A stretch of DNA of 64,000 bases, from contig JBAZRK010000002.1 in the NCBI GenBank assembly GCA_041663005.1, forward strand, positions 205,402 through 269,401, written 5' to 3'. The DNA is from Minisyncoccota bacterium (GTDB lineage: Bacteria; Patescibacteriota; Minisyncoccia; Phycocordibacterales; UBA9973). The stretch's first letter is position 1; each line of letters starts with the position of its first letter. A program made the position numbers and the translations under genes. A model generated the notes under the pieces. It was not told where the DNA came from. It saw only the letters and a program-made list of their open reading frames with translations, and did no database searches. Shown one piece after another: positions 48,200-61,801 of the stretch.

Positions 48200-48790
48200 A
48201 TGAAATTTTTTATACCAACAATTTTAATAGCCATAGCCGTAGCTGTATTTTTCCTATTCACTTCACCAACTTACGACAAGCTGTCGCTCCTCCGCACTGA
48301 AATTAAATCCTATGACGAAGCACTGGGGAATTCCAAAGCACTGGAGGATAAACGGGATAAATTAACTGCCAAGAAAAATTCTTTCCGCACAGAAGATTTG
48401 AGTCGACTAGAAAAGCTTTTACCCGAAAACGTAGACAATATCCGCTTGGTGCTCGAGATAGAGCAGTTGGCAGAGCCTTATAATATGGCGCTCAAGAATG
48501 TAAAATATGATGCTGCTGAAGGTCCAACTCCTCCAAAGGGGAGTAAGGTGGCGACTAGCAATGCTCGTCAAACTCGTGAAGACTATGGCGCCCTTGAGCT
48601 GGAATTTACCGTAGTTGGCACTTACGACAAATTTGTTAACTTTGTGCGCGACTTAGAAAATAATTTAAGGATTGTGGATATCTCCTCAATTACTTTCTCT
48701 TCAAATAATCCAACAATTGTAGGAAAAGCGGTTACTCCGGATTTATATGAATACAATATTCGCATTAAAACTTATTGGTTAAAGAATTAA
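48200..48790 (+). CDS. pilO: PilO-like protein
   Basis: TM plus coiled coil, LLP, GTYDKF..F...LE...RIVDI. Confidence 0.8.
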   Translation: MKFFIPTILIAIAVAVFFLFTSPTYDKLSLLRTEIKSYDEALGNSKALEDKRDKLTAKKNSFRTEDLSRLEKLLPENVDNIRLVLEIEQLAEPYNMALKNVKYDAAEGPTPPKGSKVATSNARQTREDYGALELEFTVVGTYDKFVNFVRDLENNLRIVDISSITFSSNNPTIVGKAVTPDLYEYNIRIKTYWLKN

Positions 48791-48791
48791 A

Positions 48792-49223
48792 ATGCCCAAA
48801 ATAAGAAACATCATAATATTCATATGTATTGCGGCGGCGGTATTTCTTGGGTATTTTTACTTTACCAAAACGCGACCACCAGAGGAAGCGGCCCTTGTAT
48901 CTTTACCTGTAACTCAAGATTCACCCACTTCAAACGACGTGCCTAACTCCGACGTAGATTCAGGTACACCGGTCCTAGCCGGCGAGTTTCTGTCTCTTCT
49001 CCTTAGCGTAGAAAATATAAAACTAGAAGATGCTATTTTTTCTAATCCGGCCTTTAAGAATCTCAAAGATTCTAGTATTGTTATTACCGGTGATGGTACA
49101 GAGGGAAGGCCGAACCCATTCGCACGCATAGGATCTGATGCCCCCGTAGCGCCTATTACCCCTCCCGCAACAGAAACTCCTCCAGCTTTTCCGCTTCCAC
49201 CAACTGAACCTGCAACCGAATAA
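48792..49223 (+). CDS. Membrane-anchored Pro-rich pilus accessory protein (PilP position)
   Basis: One TM segment, GRPNPF motif. Confidence 0.65.
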   Translation: MPKIRNIIIFICIAAAVFLGYFYFTKTRPPEEAALVSLPVTQDSPTSNDVPNSDVDSGTPVLAGEFLSLLLSVENIKLEDAIFSNPAFKNLKDSSIVITGDGTEGRPNPFARIGSDAPVAPITPPATETPPAFPLPPTEPATE

Positions 49224-49241
49224 AGGAGGATAACACAAGCC

Positions 49242-50981
49242 ATGAGTTTTTTAGAAGAATTAGCCAAACAAGGCGTAATAGATAAAAATAAAATAGGAGA
49301 AATCAAAGATCGCGCGCGCGAAGACCATGGTGGCGATATAGACGAGGCGCTTGTGAGTCTAGGAATTCCCGCTGAAAAGATATTAGAACTCAAAGGAGAC
49401 TATTTAGGTATTCCCGTCAAGAAATTAAATATCGAAGAGATGTCTTTCGATGCCCTGAAATACATATCGGAAGATTCTGCTGTGCACTATCGCTTTGTTC
49501 CACTGGAACTTAAAGATGGGGTGCTGGAAGTTGGCGTTACAGACCCTGAAAACATGCAAGGCATGGACGCTTTGCAGTTTATTTCTACTAAAATAGGTCT
49601 TCCTTTTAAAGTTTTTCTTATTTCCAAAAACGATTACGATAGTGTTATAGAAACCTATAAAGGCATTGAAAGCCAGGTGGGAGAGGCGCTAGAGGAATTA
49701 AGTAAAGAAGAGATAGACGACGTAAAAAAATTAAGTGCGGAAAATCTTAATAAGGAAATCAAAAATATAGAGCCCGGTAATGAAAAAATAGTTGAAGACG
49801 CACCGGTTATAAAAATTGTCGCGGTAATTCTCCGGAACGCCATCGAAGGAAATGCCTCAGATATACATATTGAGCATATGGGAGAAAAGGTTAAAGTCCG
49901 CTTTCGGGTGGATGGGGCACTTCACACAACCATAACCCTACCACCGAGTGTTTATGCGGGAGTCGTGGCCCGCATTAAAATTTTAGCTAAATTGCGCTTA
50001 GACGAGAAACGCAAGCCTCAGGATGGATCATTCAGTGCCAATATAGACAATCGTAAGATAGATTTTCGCGTATCTACAATGCCAGCGTATTATGGAGAGA
50101 AAGTCGTAATGCGAATCCTCGATTCCGAGAAAGGGGTGAAACCCCTCGATCAGTTGGGACTCTCCGAAGTCAATTTAAATATAATTCGAGAAGCAATAAA
50201 GAAACCCTACGGACTCATTTTAATTACTGGTCCTACCGGTTCTGGGAAATCCACTACTCTTTATTCAATGATGAACGAGCTCGATAAAGAAACTTCAAAC
50301 ATTATTTCTTTAGAAGATCCGGTGGAGTACCATATGCCTGATATTAACCAGTCACAGATGATGCCAGAAATTGGTTATACTTTCGCTTCCGGTCTACGTT
50401 CAATTCTTCGCCAGGACCCGGATATAATAATGGTGGGAGAAATTCGTGATAAAGAAACGGCCCAGCTGGCTATCCAGGCCGCGCTTACGGGGCACTTGGT
50501 TCTTTCGACGCTTCACACCAACAGCGCCGTGGGCGCCATACCGAGGCTCGTAGACATGGGTGTGGATCCATATTTAATTGCTCCGACGTTAATCGTTTCC
50601 ATTGCCCAGCGGTTGGCTCGTCTCACATTTCCAGCCTCACGAAAGGAGGTGCCTATGGATCCAAGTGTACGTACGCAAATCGAAGAACAGATGAGAGATT
50701 TGCCGGAACAATGGCGACCAGCGATAGGAGACAAGATGTACGATATCGTGCCTTCTCCTGAATGTCCTTCCGGGACACGCGGGCGTATAGCGGTTTTCGA
50801 AATGTTCAAGGTGGATAAGGAAATGCAGTCAGTAATATTGAAGAATCCGGTTAACTCGGAAATTTATAGAGTCGCTCGAAAGAATGGAATGCTCATCATG
50901 CGCGAAGATGCTATGTTGAAATCACTGCAAGGACTCATTCCTTTTACAGAGGTATATAATTTTAATAATGAAACAGAGTAA
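49242..50981 (+). CDS. pilB: Type IV pilus extension ATPase
   Basis: ASDIHIE, PQDG, TGPTGSGKSTT, EDPVEY, LRQDPD, TGHLVLSTLHTN. Confidence 0.95.
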   Translation: MSFLEELAKQGVIDKNKIGEIKDRAREDHGGDIDEALVSLGIPAEKILELKGDYLGIPVKKLNIEEMSFDALKYISEDSAVHYRFVPLELKDGVLEVGVTDPENMQGMDALQFISTKIGLPFKVFLISKNDYDSVIETYKGIESQVGEALEELSKEEIDDVKKLSAENLNKEIKNIEPGNEKIVEDAPVIKIVAVILRNAIEGNASDIHIEHMGEKVKVRFRVDGALHTTITLPPSVYAGVVARIKILAKLRLDEKRKPQDGSFSANIDNRKIDFRVSTMPAYYGEKVVMRILDSEKGVKPLDQLGLSEVNLNIIREAIKKPYGLILITGPTGSGKSTTLYSMMNELDKETSNIISLEDPVEYHMPDINQSQMMPEIGYTFASGLRSILRQDPDIIMVGEIRDKETAQLAIQAALTGHLVLSTLHTNSAVGAIPRLVDMGVDPYLIAPTLIVSIAQRLARLTFPASRKEVPMDPSVRTQIEEQMRDLPEQWRPAIGDKMYDIVPSPECPSGTRGRIAVFEMFKVDKEMQSVILKNPVNSEIYRVARKNGMLIMREDAMLKSLQGLIPFTEVYNFNNETE

Positions 50982-51065
50982 ATAAGGTAGATTATATGAA
51001 GTTTTCCCCGAAAGATTATAACCTAAGTTGGTGTATGGTATAATGAATGGGTAGTGTTAAATCCT

Positions 51066-51458
51066 ATGGAAAAAGAAAAAAAGAAAATTCTAATAGTTGA
51101 CGATGACAACTTCTTGCTTGATATGTATGCGCTTAAATTCAGCCAGAATGATTTCGAGGTGTACACGGCCGGTAGCGGTATGACTGTCTTGGATAAGCTC
51201 CACGGAGGGTTAACGCCCGACGTAATATTGATGGACATAATAATGCCCGAGATGAACGGCTTTGAGGCGCTTGACCAAATTAACAAAGAAGGTCTCTGCC
51301 CAAACGGTATTAAAATTATCTTATCCAACAAAAGCGAGCAGAAAGATATTGAAGAAGGCAACCGTCTTGGGGTCGCCGGATACATAGTCAAAGCTAATTC
51401 CACGCCGGCGGAGGTCATAGAGCAAGTGGTGAAAATTTTAGAAAACAAAAAAGTATAA
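51066..51458 (+). CDS. Single-domain response regulator in the pil cluster
   Basis: ILIVDDD, LMDIIMPEMNG, YIVKA. Confidence 0.9.
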   Translation: MEKEKKKILIVDDDNFLLDMYALKFSQNDFEVYTAGSGMTVLDKLHGGLTPDVILMDIIMPEMNGFEALDQINKEGLCPNGIKIILSNKSEQKDIEEGNRLGVAGYIVKANSTPAEVIEQVVKILENKKV

Positions 51459-51461
51459 ATT

Positions 51462-52520
51462 ATGGATTACAAAAAAGAACTTGAAGAACTCATATTAAAC
51501 GTTGTACACGAGAATGGCTCTGACTTGCATCTCGGTGTAGGGCGCCCACCCGCCATCAGAGTTGCCGGGGAACTTATTACAATTACGAAACATCAACCAT
51601 TAACACAAGAAGACCTTTTGGGATTTTTGGCTGAGATTTTAGATAAAAAGAAAATCGACGAATTTCAAGAAAACCTCGAAGCGGATTTCTCGTACGATTT
51701 CCAAGGAGAAACAAGGCTCCGTGGCAACGCCTTTTTCCAGAAAGGTAAAATCAATATAGTTTTCCGAATTGTGCCTAAGGTTCAGACAATGGCCGAGCTT
51801 CGTCTCCCTCCCGTACTTGCAGAACTAGCGCGCAAGAAACAAGGTTTTTTCCTAGTTGTGGGACCCGTCGGCCAAGGTAAATCCACAACTCTATCCGCAA
51901 TGGTTAATATCATAAACAACGAACAAGCGCGACACATAGTAACCATCGAAGATCCGATTGAACATGTTTATACAGCGAACAAATCCATAGTGAATCAGCG
52001 CGAGGTAGGTATTGATACCAAGGATTTTCATGTGGCACTTAAAGAAGTTTTTCGCCAAGACGTGAACGTCATAATGATAGGCGAAATGCGCACCCCCGAA
52101 ACCATCTCAACTGCGGTCACCGCGGCGGAGACTGGGCACTTGGTGCTTTCCACGCTTCATACCAACAATGCCTCGCAGACAATTGATCGTATCATCGATT
52201 CATTCCCCGGTAATCAACAAGATCAAATACGTACACAGCTGGCAGCTTCGCTTTTAGGAATATTTTCCCAGCGTTTAGTTCCTAGAATTGCCGGAGGATT
52301 GATTCCTGCCTATGAATTGCTTTTAAACAACAATGCGGTAGCGAACTTGATCAGAGAGAAACGTACCCACGAAATAGATGTCGTGATTGAGACCGGAACA
52401 GAGTCAGGCATGGTGGATTTAAACCATTCGCTTCTAGAGTTGGTTCGTGCTGGGGAAATTTCCATCGAGAACGCTTACCAGTATTCTCTTAACCCGAAGG
52501 GTTTAGAGCGGTTGATTTAA
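51462..52520 (+). CDS. pilT: Type IV pilus retraction ATPase
   Basis: SDLHL, GPVGQGKSTT, EDPIE, QREVG, AETGHLV, AVANLIRE. Confidence 0.95.
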   Translation: MDYKKELEELILNVVHENGSDLHLGVGRPPAIRVAGELITITKHQPLTQEDLLGFLAEILDKKKIDEFQENLEADFSYDFQGETRLRGNAFFQKGKINIVFRIVPKVQTMAELRLPPVLAELARKKQGFFLVVGPVGQGKSTTLSAMVNIINNEQARHIVTIEDPIEHVYTANKSIVNQREVGIDTKDFHVALKEVFRQDVNVIMIGEMRTPETISTAVTAAETGHLVLSTLHTNNASQTIDRIIDSFPGNQQDQIRTQLAASLLGIFSQRLVPRIAGGLIPAYELLLNNNAVANLIREKRTHEIDVVIETGTESGMVDLNHSLLELVRAGEISIENAYQYSLNPKGLERLI

Positions 52521-52524
52521 AATC

Positions 52525-52562
52525 AGACATCGGACGCGAAAGAATTCCTACGTCCGACGCCT
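52525..52562. repeat. GACGTCGGA...TCCGACGTC palindrome family, degenerate copy 3
   Basis: AGACATCGGACG-...-CGTCCGACGCCT. Confidence 0.6.
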
Positions 52563-52576
52563 AGAATGATACAATT

Positions 52577-53785
52577 ATGCTTTTCAAATACAAAGCTCTT
52601 GATACTGAAGGTTCGACGAAAGAAGGGGAGATAGATGCTCCCAGCAAAGACATTGCGATAAGCGGATTGCAACGACGTGGTCTCGTGATAGTTTCTATTA
52701 ATGAAGAAGGATCCAAAAAATCTATTTTTCAGGTTTCTATTTTTGACAGAGTAAAACCTAAGGAAATTGTTATCCTTTCACGTCAGATTGCCACACTCTT
52801 TGAGGCTGAAGTTTCAGCACTTAAGGCTTTTACGATGCTCGGAGCAAATACTGAAAGCAAACTCTTAAGTCGAAAGCTTAACCAAATAAGCGACGACTTG
52901 CAGGCCGGGGTTTCTATATCTGGCGCGTTGGCTCATCAGCCGGATGTGTTTTCTAATTTCTACGTCAACATGGTGAAAGTGGGAGAAGAGACAGGTAAAT
53001 TAAATGAAACCTTCCTCCACTTGGCAGAATATCTGGATCGACAATACTCTCTTACCTCAAAGACACGAAATGCGCTTATTTACCCGGCATTCGTCATCGT
53101 CACTTTTTTCGTGGTTATGACTTTGATGTTCACGGTTGTTATCCCGAAGCTTGCCGCCATAATGCTTGATTCTGGACAAGACGTACCTACTTTCACAAAA
53201 ATAGTGATAGCTATTTCTAATCTGTTTGTACACTATGGATTTCTGGTTTTGATCCTTCTAGTGTTTGGCGGATTTTGGATTTGGCGTCTCGCCACAACAG
53301 AAAAAGGCAAGATCTACCTTGACTCCATAAGGCTTGCCACTCCAGCAGTAGGAAATCTATATCAAAAATTATATCTTTCCCGAATTACCGACAACTTAAA
53401 CACAATGCTTTCTTCCGGTGTACCAATCGTGCGCTCCATAGACATTACTGCCGAAGTTGTCGGGAGCGTGGTGTATAAGGATTTATTGAAAGAAGTTGCC
53501 GATGGAGTGAAGTCAGGGCTTGCTTTGTCAGCTGCCTTCCAACGTCACCCTGAAGAAATCCCGGGTATATTGGTGCAGATGGTGCAAGTAGGAGAGGAGA
53601 CAGGCTCCCTTGGTTCAATTCTTAAAACATTAACGGATTTCTACAAACGCGAAGTAGATGACGCTGTCGATACTCTCGTGGGATTGATTGAGCCGGTAAT
53701 GATAGTTGTCCTGGGCTTGGGTGTGGGAATTTTACTAGTGTCAGTGCTTATGCCTATTTACAATATGGCGGGAGGAATCAGCTAG
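52577..53785 (+). CDS. pilC: Type IV pilus platform protein
   Basis: GEETG twice, ALIYP, LIEP. Confidence 0.95.
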   Translation: MLFKYKALDTEGSTKEGEIDAPSKDIAISGLQRRGLVIVSINEEGSKKSIFQVSIFDRVKPKEIVILSRQIATLFEAEVSALKAFTMLGANTESKLLSRKLNQISDDLQAGVSISGALAHQPDVFSNFYVNMVKVGEETGKLNETFLHLAEYLDRQYSLTSKTRNALIYPAFVIVTFFVVMTLMFTVVIPKLAAIMLDSGQDVPTFTKIVIAISNLFVHYGFLVLILLVFGGFWIWRLATTEKGKIYLDSIRLATPAVGNLYQKLYLSRITDNLNTMLSSGVPIVRSIDITAEVVGSVVYKDLLKEVADGVKSGLALSAAFQRHPEEIPGILVQMVQVGEETGSLGSILKTLTDFYKREVDDAVDTLVGLIEPVMIVVLGLGVGILLVSVLMPIYNMAGGIS

Positions 53786-53926
53786 ATGCCTGTGGATAAC
53801 TTCCTTGCGTATATAAAACTCTACGGTGATATAATATAGTTATAAAAATAAGTCGAAATTTCAGCCTGGTCGGCTGATTCGCCGAAAAGGCAAAATTATC
53901 AGTTATTATTAATAATTAATATAATT

Positions 53927-54343
53927 ATGAAGAATTTTAAGAAAGGTTTTACGTTGATCGAACTCTTGGTGGTTGTAGCCATCATCGGTATCTTGGCTTC
54001 CGTTGTGCTTGCGTCTCTAAACAGCGCTCGAACAAAGGGTAAGGATGCTAGTGCGAAGGCAAGTATGTCTTCTATGAAGGCTGAAGCTGAGTTAGCAGTG
54101 GATTCAAGCGGAAACTATCCAGCGACTTTATGTTCTGCTACGTTGTCTAACTTGATTACCGCAGTAAACGGACAAGTTCCTACAGCTGGAGCTGTTAACT
54201 GTGACGTACCAGCTGCAGCCCCTTATAGCGCCTGGGCAGCAGAAACCACATTAAACGATGGAACTATCTTCTGCGTTGATAGCACTGGTTTCTCTGGAAC
54301 CATAGCGGCTACAAAAGGGGCAGATACGACAGTTTGTCAATAA
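53927..54343 (+). CDS. pilA: Type IV pilin, probably the major pilin
   Basis: KKG|FTLIELLVVVAIIGIL; own promoter and terminator; FCVDS motif. Confidence 0.9.
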   Translation: MKNFKKGFTLIELLVVVAIIGILASVVLASLNSARTKGKDASAKASMSSMKAEAELAVDSSGNYPATLCSATLSNLITAVNGQVPTAGAVNCDVPAAAPYSAWAAETTLNDGTIFCVDSTGFSGTIAATKGADTTVCQ

Positions 54344-54361
54344 TTAATTTCAATAGTTATT

Positions 54362-54393
54362 AAGAAAAAACGACCAAAGGGTCGTTTTTTCTT
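54362..54393 (+). terminator. Terminator after the first pilin
   Basis: AAGAAAAAACGACC-AAAG-GGTCGTTTTTTCTT. Confidence 0.85.
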
Positions 54394-54441
54394 TTTAGGC
54401 CTATGGTATAATAAAACCATATTATAAATAACTTTTAATTT

Positions 54442-54882
54442 ATGAAGTTGTTAAAAAATAGCAAAAGAAATCAAGGGTTTACGCTAATAGAACTTTTGAT
54501 AGTTATCGCAATTATTGGAATTTTGTCTACGGTGGTTTTGGCAATGTTAAGTTCTGCTAGGAACAAAGGCAAGGACTCGTCGATTCAAAGAGAGATGAAA
54601 TCACTGCAGAGTCAGGTAGCCATAGCGGCAGATGATGGAAATTATAATGGTCTTTTTGACACTAATGACCAGTGGTCTTCGCCAGATCCCAAGATTCAAG
54701 CACTCTTGACTGCTATCGGAGAGTTGAGCACGGTACACACTGCAGGTAGCGGGGAGTTAGGTTGGGCTGTCCAAGTGCAGTTAACAAACGATGCTTCACA
54801 GTATTTCTGCGTAGATACCAGTGGCAATGGAAGCACATCGACCACAGCCTTATCTCCAGGTGACACAGCTTGTCCACAATAA
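54442..54882 (+). CDS. Second type IV pilin paralog
   Basis: NQG|FTLIELL; FCVDT; own TGG-TATAAT promoter. Confidence 0.9.
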   Translation: MKLLKNSKRNQGFTLIELLIVIAIIGILSTVVLAMLSSARNKGKDSSIQREMKSLQSQVAIAADDGNYNGLFDTNDQWSSPDPKIQALLTAIGELSTVHTAGSGELGWAVQVQLTNDASQYFCVDTSGNGSTSTTALSPGDTACPQ

Positions 54883-54888
54883 GTACAA

Positions 54889-55692
54889 ATGACCACTATT
54901 CTTACATTAATTTTTTTCGGTCTCGGGCTTATCATTGGTAGCTTCTTGAATGTGGTAATTTTCCGGCTCAACACGGACCGAACTTTCGGCGGCAGAAGCG
55001 CGTGTATGTCGTGTCACCACAAACTTTCTTGGTTCGAACTTGTGCCCCTTTTAAGTTACCTCTTTCTTCTTGGTAGGTGTCGCCATTGCAAGACTCACAT
55101 CTCCGCCCAGTACCCCATAGTTGAATTCCTCGTGGGAATTATTTTCGCATCGCTCTTCTTGAAATTCGAAAATTTGTTTTTCGATGCCCCGTATTCCTTC
55201 ATTGCGGCTTACGCCTTTTACGCGGCGGTGTTCTCCTTACTTATGGTGATTGCGACGTACGACGTAAAGCACAAAATAATTCCAGACGCGCTTTCTGTTA
55301 TTCTCGGGACACTAGCCTTTATCGGGATATTTTTCTTCAATATCGATGACGCGCGAGTCTTTTACCTTCATCTTCCTTCGCTTTCGCAATTTCTCTCAGG
55401 TTTTATCTTGGCCGCTCCATTTGCCCTCTTGTGGCTGGTTTCACGCGGGCGCTGGATGGGCCTGGGCGACGCCAAGCTTGCCATAGGGCTCGGCTGGATT
55501 TTAGGGCCCTCAAGGCTTCTTTCAGGCGCAGTACTTTCTTTCTGGGTCGGAGCCGTTCTTGGAATTATTCTGGTAGCCTTCTCGAGGAAATATAAAATGA
55601 AAAGTGAGCTACCCTTTGCGCCGTACCTTGTTCTGGGTGCCGCCTTGGCTTTCTTCTTCGAGCTCCATATATTTCTAATGAGTTTTAATTAG
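54889..55692 (+). CDS. pilD: Prepilin peptidase
   Basis: GSFLNVVIFR, two CxxC pairs, MGLGDAKL, PFAPYL. Confidence 0.95.
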   Translation: MTTILTLIFFGLGLIIGSFLNVVIFRLNTDRTFGGRSACMSCHHKLSWFELVPLLSYLFLLGRCRHCKTHISAQYPIVEFLVGIIFASLFLKFENLFFDAPYSFIAAYAFYAAVFSLLMVIATYDVKHKIIPDALSVILGTLAFIGIFFFNIDDARVFYLHLPSLSQFLSGFILAAPFALLWLVSRGRWMGLGDAKLAIGLGWILGPSRLLSGAVLSFWVGAVLGIILVAFSRKYKMKSELPFAPYLVLGAALAFFFELHIFLMSFN

Positions 55693-56282
55693 TGATAGTG
55701 CAAAAATTTCAATTGAAAAATTTAAAATTTAGAAAAAACAGGAACAAGGGGATGACCTACGTAGAACTTATCGTGGTCCTATCTATTTTCTCCGTGTTGT
55801 CAGCGGTGTCGATGTTTAATTATGGTAAATTTCAAGCCAAGATTGATATAAAAAATCTAGCTTCCGACATAGCTCTAAAAATTGTCGAAGCCCAGAAATC
55901 CTCAATCGGTGGACTTTTACCTCCAAACGCAGACCCAGACTGGAAACCTTCCTACGGTGTTTATTTTAACCGAATTGCAAATAATAAAAGTTTTATTTAT
56001 TTTGCAGATGCCAGTGGAGATCGACAGTTTCAAGTTGGAGAAGAAATTCGGACAATGGCTATAAACAAGGGCAATTTAATTTCCTCAATCAAGACCTTTC
56101 CTGAAGACCTCTCTTTGGGTAATTTTACAATAAGTTTCGCGCGACCGGATTCTGGTGCCAAAATGTTTGGCGATGGAATAGAGCTGGTAAATACTTCCTG
56201 GGTAGAAATTACGGTAGAGTCCCCAAGCGAACCGCAAGCTATAATTCGAGTGTATCCTTCTGGTAGATTAGAAACACAATGA
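55692..56282 (+). CDS. Minor pilin (FimT-like)
   Basis: NKG|MTYVELIVVL. Confidence 0.8.
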   Translation: MIVQKFQLKNLKFRKNRNKGMTYVELIVVLSIFSVLSAVSMFNYGKFQAKIDIKNLASDIALKIVEAQKSSIGGLLPPNADPDWKPSYGVYFNRIANNKSFIYFADASGDRQFQVGEEIRTMAINKGNLISSIKTFPEDLSLGNFTISFARPDSGAKMFGDGIELVNTSWVEITVESPSEPQAIIRVYPSGRLETQ

Positions 56283-56283
56283 T

Positions 56284-56904
56284 ATGATTAAATTACATCA
56301 AGTAAAATCTTCTATTATGCTTCGCAAGACGCGCCCTCATTTATATAGCGGATATACAATTATTGAAACAATGATTTCGATCTCTCTGTTTCTGGTAGTA
56401 GTGATGTCGGGAATGGGTGCGCTTCTAAACGCAAATTTAGTGCACGAAAAGTCCCAGGATATGCGAGGGATCATAGACAGCCTTAGTTTCATTATGGAGG
56501 ATATGGCGCGCAACCTACGGGTAGGCTACGATTTTCACTGTATAGATAATGGTGATCTTAATACAATTTTTGCGCACAGCTGTGAATATGGTGGAGGTAT
56601 TTCTTTCAAGTCTTCCCTTGCTGATGGTGGTGGACAATGGATTTATTATATAAAAAATGATGGCACAATTCATAAACGATATACAGACGCAGAGGGTGTT
56701 CTTCACGAGTATCAGCTTACTCCGCCAGATGTAGTGATCGATGACATTTCTGGATTTTCCGTATTGGGGGCTGAGTCACCATCTTTGGGTAACACACAGC
56801 AGCCTTTTATAACGATCCGTTTGGTGGGGAAAGTAAAGTATCATGATGTCGAGACACCCTTTTCTCTGCAAACCTCAACTTCCGCTCGCTTAATCGATTT
56901 ATAA
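56284..56904 (+). CDS. Minor pilin (PilW-like)
   Basis: SG|YTIIETMISI. Confidence 0.8.
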   Translation: MIKLHQVKSSIMLRKTRPHLYSGYTIIETMISISLFLVVVMSGMGALLNANLVHEKSQDMRGIIDSLSFIMEDMARNLRVGYDFHCIDNGDLNTIFAHSCEYGGGISFKSSLADGGGQWIYYIKNDGTIHKRYTDAEGVLHEYQLTPPDVVIDDISGFSVLGAESPSLGNTQQPFITIRLVGKVKYHDVETPFSLQTSTSARLIDL

Positions 56905-56906
56905 AA

Positions 56907-57488
56907 ATGAAATCTAAATTTTTTAAAAATAAAAACACCGGTTACACCTTGATTGAAACGCTCGTAGCGCTATCAATTTTTAGCATCTCTATCTTAGGGA
57001 TTTTGGTAACTTTATCACAGAGTGTTGCGGATACAAGCTATGCGCAGAAGAAAGTTGTGGCGGCTTACCTCGCACAGGAGGGGATAGAGTACGTCAGGAA
57101 TTTGCGCGACACCTATATGATTTATAACACCAACAATCCGAAAACCGGTTGGTCTGATTTCACGAGTAGATTGCTCACGGATGGTTGCGATATCGGTTGT
57201 TATTTTGACCCAGCTGAACTGGTTTTTACGGATGAGACTCAACCAATGTTGGATTTAGGCATATATCCTTGTGACGCAGAAATTTGTCCTAATTACCTTG
57301 TTTATAATCAAACTACCGGCGAGTATGGCTATAGCGCTTTAGGCGAGAATACTGGTCTCAGACGGACCATCAGAGCAGAGCAAGTAAATGCCAACGAGGA
57401 AAAGATTACCTCTATTGTTTCCTGGGAACAAGGTTCCGGCAGTTACAGCGTTGAACTTTCTGACAACTTGTTTAATTGGATAGAATAG
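56907..57488 (+). CDS. Minor pilin (PilV-like)
   Basis: TG|YTLIETLVAL, YLAQEGIE. Confidence 0.82.
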   Translation: MKSKFFKNKNTGYTLIETLVALSIFSISILGILVTLSQSVADTSYAQKKVVAAYLAQEGIEYVRNLRDTYMIYNTNNPKTGWSDFTSRLLTDGCDIGCYFDPAELVFTDETQPMLDLGIYPCDAEICPNYLVYNQTTGEYGYSALGENTGLRRTIRAEQVNANEEKITSIVSWEQGSGSYSVELSDNLFNWIE

Positions 57489-57492
57489 ATTT

Positions 57493-61133
<3,641 letters not shown>

Positions 61134-61176
61134 AATACTGAAAGCGCTTAGTATATCATATATGATAGATTAAGGG

Positions 61177-61204
61177 TTATGTACGTAATATATTACGTAC
61201 ATAA
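61177..61204. repeat. TGTACGTAATATATTACGTACA palindrome family, copy 2
   Basis: Perfect 28-bp palindrome TTATGTACGTAATATATTACGTACATAA; flanked by TATCATATATGATA and CTTACATATGTAAG. Confidence 0.8.
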
Positions 61205-61226
61205 TGTACTTACATATGTAAGGAGA

Positions 61227-61550
61227 TTAGCGGACGATACTTCCAGGCTCTACGTCCTCTGCAGGGTGGAGTAGGATGGGGGCGTCGCCAGAACTCGCCG
61301 CAAGCATCATACCCTGACTTTCCAGTCCGCGCATTTTGCGAGGCTCGAGGTTTACAATGAAAGGCATTTCTTTGCCCGGGAGTGTCGAAAGATCGGCTAC
61401 GAATTCCGCAATGCCCGCTAGTATCTGCCTCTCCTCGGTGCCGAAATTTACCATCATTCGCACTAGTTTATCTGAGTCCGGAATTCTCTCCGCGGAAATT
61501 ACTTTCCCTATTCGTATATCTAATTTTTTGAAATCTTCTATTGTAATCAT
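61227..61550 (-). CDS. tRNA-binding OB-fold protein (Trbp111/CsaA/MetRS C-terminal-like)
   Basis: Start at 61550 (MITIEDFKKLDIRIG); NLEPRKMRGLESQGM. Confidence 0.9.
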   Translation of the reverse strand: MITIEDFKKLDIRIGKVISAERIPDSDKLVRMMVNFGTEERQILAGIAEFVADLSTLPGKEMPFIVNLEPRKMRGLESQGMMLAASSGDAPILLHPAEDVEPGSIVR

Positions 61551-61578
61551 AAAAATAAGTTCTGATTTCGAATTTTTG

Positions 61579-61663
61579 CGGAGGGTAGGAGATTCGAACT
61601 CCTGGTGGATTGCTCCACACACGCTTTCCAAGCGTGCGCACTAGACCGCTATGCGAACCCTCC
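61579..61663 (-). tRNA. tRNA-Ser(GGA)
   Basis: GGAGGGT acceptor; CACGC-TT GGA AA-GCGTG; long variable arm; GAGTTCGAATCTC. Confidence 0.95.
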
Positions 61664-61801
61664 TGACACTCCTAAATATACACGATTTTTTACACAAAGA
61701 AAGCTTGTAATCAGCGCAGTTGCCAAATCGGCATAAAGTTGTAGAATGAAAAATAAGGTAGTTTTTCACCTTTTTCATTATAAATTAAGGGTAAAAATGT
61801 T

